From positions 24,816,510 through 24,880,509 of the forward strand of contig NC_068987.1 in assembly GCF_001194135.2 (NCBI RefSeq): a DNA stretch of 64,000 bases, given 5' to 3'. Origin of the DNA: Octopus bimaculoides. Its lineage: Eukaryota. Shown here one piece after another: positions 56,801 through 64,000 of the stretch. Each line of letters begins with the position of its first letter. Position 1 is the stretch's first letter. Both the position numbers and the translations under genes were made by a program. The notes under the pieces were generated by a model, which had not been told where the DNA came from, searched no databases, and saw nothing but the letters and a program-made list of their open reading frames with translations.

Positions 56801-59800
56801 AACGCTGTACAGGGTTTCTGAAGCTGCTAGGAGGGAAGGAAGAAGGTATCCATGAACAGGAGACCAGTCCTGAGTGCTTGCAGCAAAGTTGACTCTACTA
56901 AAAGCACCCAAGGTTATAAACTGGTTGTGCTAAACCAAGTGATTGATTAAATCTACCATGCAAGAGCACCATGGCAGGATTTGAACACTGACTGCAAAAG
57001 AAGCTTAACAAATAGAACAAGACATCTAGTCTGATATTCTTACATTTCTGCCACACAGCACTCAACTTGTACTTCTTTCTTATCAACTCTGAAGGAATGA
57101 AAGGCAAAGTTGATCTAGGTGGGATTTGAAACCACAATGCGAAAAGTCAGAATAAATATTGCGAAGTACTAAGAACTTGTTATCTTAAAAGGGATTCAAG
57201 ATCGAACCTGTTCGTTCTAGTTGTTACATTCCAGGTCAGTCCTAATTAAGCAGACATGTGATCAAAGACATTTAAACTGGGGCCATTACTGTCTTTTGTT
57301 CAGTCAGTGGGCATTCAAATTTGCATTATTCGATGTTCCTCTCTTAAGATTACTATGGTGTAGTCATAACGAGGTTTGGCTGCTATTTCTAGCAAGTTTG
57401 GCAACCAAAAAGAGGCTCTCTCATTGGTTCATATTGTGTTTGGTAGAAGCATGTAAGATGGTGGGGGGATGTTGTAAAGGTTATTATATTATACTAGCTG
57501 GCCCCATGCCGTCAAAAATGATAGCTAATTGTATTATATATATCAGATGCAAAATTATCACAGATACAAACATTCACATACTTCCCTTGTACATGCACAC
57601 ACAAATACTCACACAGAGTTGAAATGCTGTTTGATGTTTCTGTTCAGTTTTGAATGTCCACCATCCTACTTCCATTGCATGCACATACACACACACAACT
57701 TCCTTTTACATACACACACACACATACTCACACAAAGTTGAAACGCTGTTTGATTTTTGTTTCACCGTAGAACTTCCATCATCCCACTACCAAATTTGCC
57801 ATCACCCCTTCCTTTCTCATTCATATGTTGTGACGGAGAAATACACAAGAGTATTATTATAGTGGATACACACCTACAGCTGTAGCACAACTGCCATGTT
57901 GAACTGGTCTGATACCGGAATCGAGTGTACAAATGTATCTGAAGAGAAAATGAAATATGGAAGAGAAAGCAACAACAGTAGCACTACTACTACTACTACT
58001 ACTACTTGTAGCTCACTTATTCTTTTAAGGGTAGAGAGGCCCCTTTGAGTCTTTTCAGGTAAATGGTATTTTGATAAAAATACTGATGGCCATGACACCT
58101 TACCACTTTCCTCAGTATGAGATTAATGAATAAAAGAATTATACAAACAACAGCCTAAATAACAATAAAACTTCAGGTGATGGACTCTCAACTGGCAAGT
58201 GTCCCGTGGGTGAACAGCACAGGCCCAGTTATCACTATAATCACTATACAGCTGCCAGAACAAGATTGTCTAAAGCAATAAATATAGCTGCCATCTATAT
58301 ACTCTTAAAAGTGAAGTTCAATCTTGCTTGCTTGCTTGCAATGTTACACAGCCAAACTGGTGCATAATGGGAAAATATTTTGAAAGTAAAATGCTCCTGA
58401 AATGTGAATATGAATGGAATAAAACAAGTTTCGCGTAAATCGGACCAGTATTTATTGAGATATTCGGGGTTTTGGGGTATAAATAATAATGGGAAAATAT
58501 TCCGAAAATAACTTCATTCATTAGACATTATGATAGGCAAAATATTTTTAAGTGAAAATGACTTTAAAAATATGGTAAATATTTTGAAAAAGACCTGTTC
58601 ATAACCTTAATGTGAAATAGTCTTTTTCCATTGGTTTCTTTCGAGTGCATTCAACATATCTCCCCCTCCAAAAATTTGGCTGCTATTTCTAGCACGCCCT
58701 GCTACTATGTAACAGCTATTTGTGATAAACGACCTGAAATACCTGCTACGTTGTAGCAGGGTGTGCAAGAAATAGCAGCCAAATCTTTCCTTTTCTGGGG
58801 AAAGGAGCTGGTTATGCGTGGTTTTTGATGTCATATTTGTTGAAAGCATGTGAAATAACATGGGGGAAAAAAAGAAACTCACAAAACAAAACTCTGTTGC
58901 TGGGAAACTCAGACTTTCCTGGTGACCCAACGGGTCACGAGTAGTCTAGTGGAATGTTATTTTGTGAGCAGACCCATTGATGGTGAAGGGAAGCTGATAG
59001 GAAAATATAGAAACTGAATGCATGGTGTCTGGATGGAGATGCAGGACTCAGATGTTATGGAACTGAGATGCCGCCAATGCCAACAACAACAAAATATAAA
59101 CCTGTTCCTATAATCTTTAAGAAATATCAATCAATCAATTAAATGTGCAAATAGATGAAAAATTGAAGCAATGTCAGGAAATTTTGGCATGCAAGATAAA
59201 CAGAAACAAGAAAAAGTTTATGAAAATGAATAATTCATGGTACCTGATTAAACTTCATGAAAGCAATATTGTCAAGCATGTTTTTCAGAGTTTCCTGTAA
59301 CAGACAAAAGAACATATTGTACAAAGCTGTCTAATTTTTTTTTGGGGGGGGGGAGAGGGACTAAATAATTCAGCAGAATAAACAAATCATTTCTTTAAAA
59401 CAAACCAAAATAATAAAAAAAAAAAAAAGAAAAAAGAAAAAAAGAACTATTTGCTTCTTTGGTATTTGACATTGACAGAATGGTGAACTTAATGCCATGC
59501 CATGATGCCCAAGATCTCTTGGTATTCTTGGTTCAAAACTTCCCAAGTCAACTTTACCTTTAATCATTTCAGAGTAGATAAATTAAAGTACCAGTCACGT
59601 ATAGGAGTCAATTCAACTGTCTGTACTCGGGTGCTGTACTCTAGTTAGAAATGGTTGTGATAATATATTTTATTGTTATTTAACCCCAGGTCAACCCTAG
59701 GCAGTGTGTGTCTTTTTTAAAGACATTTGGCTGTCTTATTTTTACCATCTTAAGTGACTATGCAGAAGCTTCAATACCTGCCTGTGCTATTATTGTTGGT

Positions 59801-61870
59801 TTCTTTGTCTCTGCTGAGATGCACTAGCAGGATGATGCTCAGTGACATGTAATGACATCTGATAGTCTGGTTGGTCATGTAATATATTCAGTTACATAAT
59901 TAAAGAGGGAGAGAGAGAGATGAATTGAAACTTACTATATTAGGTACACGTCCTTTAGATACATCAAGTAGAACTCCTCTGTAAGGCAGCGATGGTGAAT
60001 CTGTAATCTAAGCAAAGAAAATGACAATATTCAGGGCAATAACATATACTGATTAGTTTGTTTTAGCCATAGAGGCTATGACCATGTTGGAATACTTCCC
60101 TTCATAATATGTGATATTGCTGTTTTTTTTTTTACGAGGAATAAATTAACTGCATCTGTGAATTAAGATTTTCTATATAAAATGAAAATAAACATTAATG
60201 GTAGCAAATCTGGGACTGGGTTTGTTTCACCATTCTGTCCTGGGTATGAATTTAAACTGCATTTGGTAGTCGGGCTTTAGTTTGGGAGTTGTAAGGTTTT
60301 GAGGAGTGTGACCACTTCTCAGCCACTATTGTTTCTAAGTCTGCTCTGACTTGGAGTAGTAGCATCTGTCTAGGTCTCAACTATAACTTAAATAGCATGT
60401 AACCACTTAAGCCAGGGTATGTTGAAATCATGGGATGCAGCATGGTGGAAGTGAATTATTTTGGCAGATGAACATACTAAATCAATGGCGAATATCACTG
60501 ATGCTGAGTGGATGAACAGACAACAAACTGTTAACCATCAGGTTCAACTAGTTCAGTTGTTAGCAAACTGCTGCTATCGTCTGTAGTCATGGCATGAGCA
60601 GAAGTGTTATTTTAACTAGTGAAAGACCAATGTGACTAAAACACACACCAGACATTCATGCTTCATCTCTCAACTGGGATTTCTGGGATGGAAGTTGCTT
60701 GACTTGATTAACTGACTGTAATCAAAAACAAATGCCCTGTGTTTCAAATAATTATGACCTCTTCAGTGCAGAAGTTATAAGAAAATCTCTAAGTAAATGC
60801 ATGAAAACACACTTGTTGGCAGGGGAACAGAGAAAAAAATGAATTACTTTTAGATGCTATCTGTATGAAATAACAATAGTTAAGTTAATGTTAATCTACT
60901 TAGTACATGGAGAATTATATCTATCTATGTACTGAAATTCGACACAGGATATTGCTGCTGTTGCTCTGGTTGTTGTTGTTTACCCCGCATCATCTATGAT
61001 AAATCAGGCCAATGATCAAAGCCATTCTGACCCAAATCGTTTTGACTTTCTATAATTTTGAAACATATGATATGCCCTTCTTTCTTTTAAGTAGGATATA
61101 GCTTCAAGGAGCTGTGGGTAGTAGTTTCTAGCAGGCTGAGTAACTGCATAAATACCACCTTGCTTGTTAGAATACAAGAAATCAATAGTTAATAAACTAC
61201 ACATTTCAGAAGGGATAATTAAGTAACTGACCATCACTCTCTAGTTTCTATTTACCTGTATGTCATAATCATAACTATCATCATCATTAAATGTCCAGCT
61301 TCCATGCTGACATGGGTCGGACAATTAAATAGGATCTGATGAACCAGGGGGCTGTGTTAGTCTTCAATGCTTGCTTTTACATAGTTCCTATTACTGGATG
61401 CCCATCCTAATGCCAAACACTTTACAGTGTATACTGGGTCCCTTTTTCATGGAATTGGCATTATTGGGGTCACCAAGTAACTCACAAGACAAGCCCACTT
61501 GACTGAGTGGGGTGGGGGCAGTAAGTATATACCAGAGACAATAGAAATCAGCAAATGGGGCACATGCAAGTAGGGGACTCACACAGATACGAGCAATTAA
61601 CTAAAACGATAAAGAAACAATTAATTCATAGTAAACAACTATGTTCATTGGCAAATTGGTGACATAAACTTGGTTCCTTGAAAACAAAACAACAATATTT
61701 TAGCACTCACAGATCGTGCCAAAATTTTACTGTGAAAAGAACAAAAAGCAAAAACTTACTTCTAATAATGGGATACTGATGCCTGATTCTGTTTTGTATA
61801 AATTGAACAACTGGCTTAATGTAATAATTGCATAAGAAAGACTTTGGATATCATGAGCCAGGATTTTGAC
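33963..61870 (-). CDS. GH20 hexosaminidase-fold protein (GcnA/HEXD/bacterial type), probable pseudoenzyme, 5'-partial; exons 61870-61760, 60007-59936, 59294-59244, 57938-57874, 54374-54228, 49375-49174, 48076-48030, 45303-45075, 42493-42358, 41629-41523, 40184-40060, 35392-35276, 34119-33963
   Basis: 13 exons join in frame (11 GT-AG introns, 1 GC-AG) to 521 aa + TAA. GH20 motifs appear in order: SLSYAIITLSQL, ITDSPSLPYRGVLLDVSKGRVP, KFNQIHLY, ELLEIDKFC...QLIP, FINVG, EYG, ICPGTAAWNSL, GLLVCHW, AGLAWN, ENFRTSW. Confidence 0.88.
34226..34447. mobile_element. piggyBac-like MITE, degraded
   Basis: TIR CCCTTTTGGTACCA / TGGTAACAAAAGGG followed by TTA. Confidence 0.6.
35276..35392 (-). CDS. GH20-like exon (IGRAMVTAGRNPDPLSG...KTDLAN)
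   Basis: Acceptor catgacag, donor AG|GTTTTT; inside ORF 35242-35433. Confidence 0.8.
38483..39372. mobile_element. 890-bp foldback DNA transposon (Merlin/MULE-like) with about 280-bp TIRs and a telomere-like core
   Basis: TIR GGATCTTTWCCCTTTGAACGGC; 8-bp TSD GGTAAAAA at 38475-38482 and 39373-39380; degenerate (TTAGGG)-like array at about 38790-38905. Confidence 0.85.
40060..40184 (-). CDS. GH20-like exon (RANRLLRKHQ...MMILAV) ending at a GC donor
   Basis: Acceptor cattgaag; only CG|GCAAGT keeps frame with the next exon. Confidence 0.78.
41523..41629 (-). CDS. GH20-like exon (DDQTSLPCENGSTLTSFLIRP...DILQ)
   Basis: Long polypyrimidine tract plus tag, donor CAG|GTAAGG. Confidence 0.85.
42358..42493 (-). 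CDS. GH20-like exon (EFLHSHLAELMNKHIFRDD...SQKKP)
   Basis: Acceptor ttatttcag (duplicated), donor G|GTAGGA. Confidence 0.85.
42546..42950 (+). mobile_element. SINE family A, older copy
   Basis: Same head, body and tail with more substitutions. Further partial copies at about 14146-14242/14947-15010, 25965-26118, 35820-35980, 40405-40700 and 48590-48860. Confidence 0.8.
44478..44980 (-). mobile_element. SINE family A, full length
   Basis: High similarity to 16019-16404. Confidence 0.9.
45075..45303 (-). CDS. GH20-like exon (FGFFICPGTAAWNSLAG...AGLAWNKDIHW)
   Basis: Acceptor attttag, donor TGG|GTAAGT; inside ORF 45066-45374. Confidence 0.92.
45632..46554. other. Assembly gap; others at 2248-2592, 5088-5245, 11186-11806, 25502-25934, 50780-50859, 51644-51879
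   Basis: N runs, almost all flanked by microsatellites. Confidence 1.
46586..47417 (-). mobile_element. Internally deleted copy of the same DD37D mariner, opposite orientation
   Basis: Same TIRs; reverse-complement similarity to both ends and the 3' transposase part of 49462-50752. Confidence 0.88.
48030..48076 (-). CDS. GH20-like exon (ATHNFVPHCKRLSEYG)
   Basis: Acceptor ctttcatag, donor GG|GTAAGT. Confidence 0.85.
49174..49375 (-). CDS. GH20-like exon (FINVGSRLT...LPPHLMFGEYGTQ)
   Basis: Acceptor catctacag, donor CAG|GTAAGA; overlaps ORF 49051-49338. Confidence 0.85.
49462..50752 (+). mobile_element. Tc1/mariner DD37D (maT-type) transposon, near full length, decayed
   Basis: CAGGGT TIRs with TA flanks; FSDE, WQQDSAP and WPPNSPDCKPLD motifs with 37 residues between the 2nd and 3rd Asp; frameshifts and stops. 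Confidence 0.9.
51289..52199 (+). mobile_element. Non-autonomous Helitron (contains an N gap)
   Basis: A|TCTATACTATATATAAAA 5' end; CCCGAGCAACGCCGGG hairpin plus CTAG|T 3' end. Confidence 0.8.
52340..53400 (-). mobile_element. Internally deleted, decayed RTE-clade LINE
   Basis: Endonuclease-start remnants (DVTAIAETRL, YTFFWK) fused to ORF C-terminal remnants (CETWTVY, YPKQMILYSEI, NWEKVA...WR). Confidence 0.65.
54228..54374 (-). CDS. GH20-like exon (ELLEIDKFCMDRGMQLIPAVDV...HFTNS)
   Basis: Acceptor tattgcag, donor GA|GTAAGT. Confidence 0.88.
54779..54984. mobile_element. piggyBac-like MITE
   Basis: TTAA flanks; imperfect TIR CCCATTAGCATT / AATACTAATAGG. Confidence 0.65.
55303..55695 (+). 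mobile_element. tRNA-derived SINE family C
   Basis: TGGCCCAGTGG and GGTTTCGATTCCC boxes, (CAA)n tail; related partial copy at 56478-56775. Confidence 0.75.
56085..56477 (-). mobile_element. SINE family A, near full length
   Basis: High similarity to 16019-16404. Confidence 0.9.
57502..57868. repeat. Short repeat (possibly Helitron/Helentron-like) with two internal repeats of about 85 bp
   Basis: Duplicated actcacaca.agttgaaa.gctgtttgat units; the family call is tentative. Confidence 0.4.
57874..57938 (-). CDS. GH20-like exon (IHLYTRFRYQTSSTWQLCYSC)
   Basis: Acceptor tctcttcag, donor AG|GTGTGT; phases fit both neighbours. Confidence 0.8.
59244..59294 (-). CDS. GH20-like exon (ETLKNMLDNIAFMKFNQ)
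   Basis: Acceptor ctgttacag, donor CAG|GTACCA. Confidence 0.88.
59936..60007 (-). CDS. GH20-like exon (ITDSPSLPYRGVLLDVSKGRVPNI)
   Basis: Acceptor tttgcttag, donor GTAAGT; classic GH20 RG..LD motif. Confidence 0.92.
61760..61870 (-). CDS. GH20-like exon (VKILAHDIQSLSYAIITLSQLFNLYKTESGISIPLLE), GH20 N-terminal domain
   Basis: Acceptor ttttgtag, donor GTAAGT, phase 0/0. Confidence 0.85.
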
Positions 61871-61904
61871 CTACAAAAGAAAAGAGAAAGCTGAATATGT
61901 CATC

Positions 61905-62190
61905 ATCATTTAACATCCGTTGTCCATGCTAGCATGGGTTGGGTGGTTTGAGTGGGCTGGCATGGTGGAAGGCATGTAAAAGTAAGCACCAAGCTCCAGT
62001 CTGATTCGGCATGGTTTTCTACAGTTGGATGCCCTTCCTAATGCCAACCACTCTGAGAGTGTAATGGGTGCTTTTATGTGCCACCGGCACAGGTGCCATT
62101 TGCGTGACACTGGTATCTGTCATGACTGTGATTTTGCTTGGCTTGATGGGTCTTCTTCTCAAGCACAACATAATGCCAAACGCCTTGGTC
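61905..62190 (-). mobile_element. RTE 3'-UTR fragment
   Basis: Reverse complement of the 27350-27587 tail (ggcattaggaagggcatcc...catgctagcatgg). Confidence 0.7.
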
Positions 62191-62231
62191 GTTACCACTT
62201 TGATAATTATTAAAATTGAAATAATAATAAT

Positions 62232-62676
62232 GGTTTCAAATTTTGACACAAGGCCAGCAATTTCTGGGGGCAGGGGTTAGTTGATTAGATCAACTCCATG
62301 TCTCAACTGGTAATTATTTAATTCCTAGAGAAAGGATAAAGGCAAAGTTGACCTTGGAGGAATTTGAACTCAGAACATAAAGATGGACGAAATACCACTA
62401 AGCATTTTGCCTGCTGTGTTAACAAGTCTGCCAGTTTGCTGCCTCAATAATAATAATAATCCTTTCTACTATAGGCCCCAAACTTGAAATTTTGGGGGAG
62501 GGGGATAAGACAATTATATCAACCCTAGTGCGTAACTGGTACTTATTTCATTGACCCCGAAAGGATGAAAGGCAAAGGTGACCTTGGCAGAATTTGAACT
62601 CAGAATGTAGCATGAGATGAAATACCGCTAAGCATTTCTCCCAGCGTGCTCACGATTCTGTCAGCTTGCTGCCTTT

Positions 62677-62707
<31 letters not shown>

Positions 62708-62925
62708 CAACCAACAATAATAATAATAATCCTTTCTACTTGAGGCACAAGGCCTCAAATTTGTGGGGTGGGGACTAGTTGATTATATCGACCCCAGTGT
62801 TTCACTGGTATTTAATTTATTGACTCTGAAAGGATGAAAGGCAAAGTTAACCTTGGCGGAATTTGAACTTAGAAATACCACTAGGCATTTCTCCCAGTGT
62901 GCTAATGATTCTGCCAGCTCGCTGC
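62232..62925 (-). mobile_element. Three head-to-tail SINE family B copies
   Basis: Copies at 62232-62443, 62457-62673 and 62730-62925, separated by (TAA)n. Confidence 0.88.
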
Positions 62926-62965
62926 TTTTAATATAATAATAATAATAATAATGATAATAATAATA

Positions 62966-63357
62966 AACATGGATGTACACTAAGAAGCTCTCTCTCTCTC
63001 TCTACAAAACAAACTCAATCCAAAAACATCAGTGCGATGGAAGGAAAACTTCACAAAACAACTGTGGGAAAAGTTCTGTTAAAGCAGAGAAACTAAAAAA
63101 CTGGGAAGATTTTTGTCATTTAAAGGGTAGTTTCTTTCTTAATTGCAAGATATCTCTGTGACACATTTGACGAAACAATAGACCATCTCATCTCGGGATG
63201 TCCTATCCTGACACCAAATAAATATAAAAATCACCATGATAGGGTAAAACAGTATTTGCATTGGAAAATACGTAAACACTACAAAATCAGTACTTCTGCT
63301 TACTGGTACAAACACCATCCTCAGCCAGCCATTGAAGGTAAAAATTTCACTATCCTA
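62966..63357 (+). mobile_element. R4/Dong-like (restriction-like endonuclease) LINE fragment
   Basis: Zinc knuckle CDTFDETIDHLISGCP followed by HHDRVKQYLHWKI...WYKHHP; begins right after a (TAA)n run. Confidence 0.75.
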
Positions 63358-64000
63358 AGCTACAGAAGCTTAAAGAACCATTGAACAGTCAGAAATTTGA
63401 CAAGAAAGTGGAGGTGGAAGCTTATAAAAGACATCAGCAGGTTCCCATGTCACAGCTTTCTGCAAACCAGAGAGCAGATGTGTAGCTGGGGCAAGTTTTC
63501 AACCAGAAATAAGTTGATATGATAATAGAATAGTATTGTAGATAGGGTTATTAAAACTAACAGATAGATCTGGAAAGACTGGAAGCAGACAACTATACAA
63601 AGTAGCTAAAAGAAGCTACACCTGATGTGTAGCTTCTCGAGAATAAAAGCAGAAAAAAGAGGTTTGCGCATGTTACATGACATGAGAATTGGAGATGTAA
63701 AATGTTCTGGATTGTAAGGCAGTGAACTAGAGAAAATTGAGATGTCATGGGGAGTAGTGTGTATGGAATGATAAGGGCATACTAGCTCTCAATGATATTG
63801 AAAAGAAAGAAGTATGAGAGGTTGCTGTATGAGGAGAATGCATGAGAGAAAGCAGATCTTCTTAACAGAGATCCATCTGAGGGACCAACCACTGAAGCTG
63901 ACAAGTCAAAAGCACAATCAAGAAAATCAAGGCTAGAAAGACAGCCTTGTTACTGTCTGTCATACTGATTCTTATTTCTTTATTACCCACAAGAGGCTAA

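Noticed and set aside
60130-60720. Possible Gypsy RT/integrase remnants on the minus strand (DYRR, IFAIDLV)
   Set aside because: Too decayed to support a family call without a search.

Overview
AT-rich, repeat-dense eukaryotic scaffold with 7 N-gaps. The SINE, RTE, Tx1 and Penelope content looks to me like an octopus (coleoid cephalopod) genome; this is recognition, not a search result. I reconstructed two convergent intron-rich genes by hand from splice sites and reading-frame continuity. (1) + strand, 3657-20586, 8 exons, 499 aa: an HHIP-like (GSDH/PQQ-sugar-dehydrogenase-fold beta-propeller) protein. It appears to lack the N-terminal cysteine-rich domain, has a poly-Thr plus hydrophobic leader and a GPI-type tail, and has a near-perfect RFX X-box upstream. 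(2) - strand, 61870-33963, 13 exons in the window, 521 aa, 5' end not found (probably beyond the window): a GH20 hexosaminidase-fold protein of GcnA/HEXD/bacterial type. Its catalytic Asp-Glu pair is replaced by Ser-Arg and the GH-containing active-site segment is deleted, so it is a probable pseudoenzyme. It has one GC-AG intron and a duplicated acceptor. The rest is mobile DNA: three tRNA-derived SINE families, Tx1/L1, RTE, CR1/L2, R4/Dong-like and Penelope fragments with decayed hammerhead-like motifs, two DD37D mariners in inverted orientation around two exons, Helitrons, hAT and piggyBac MITEs, long foldback elements, and a SAP+SWIM DNA transposon nested in a SINE. No CRISPR, rRNA or true tRNA genes were seen.
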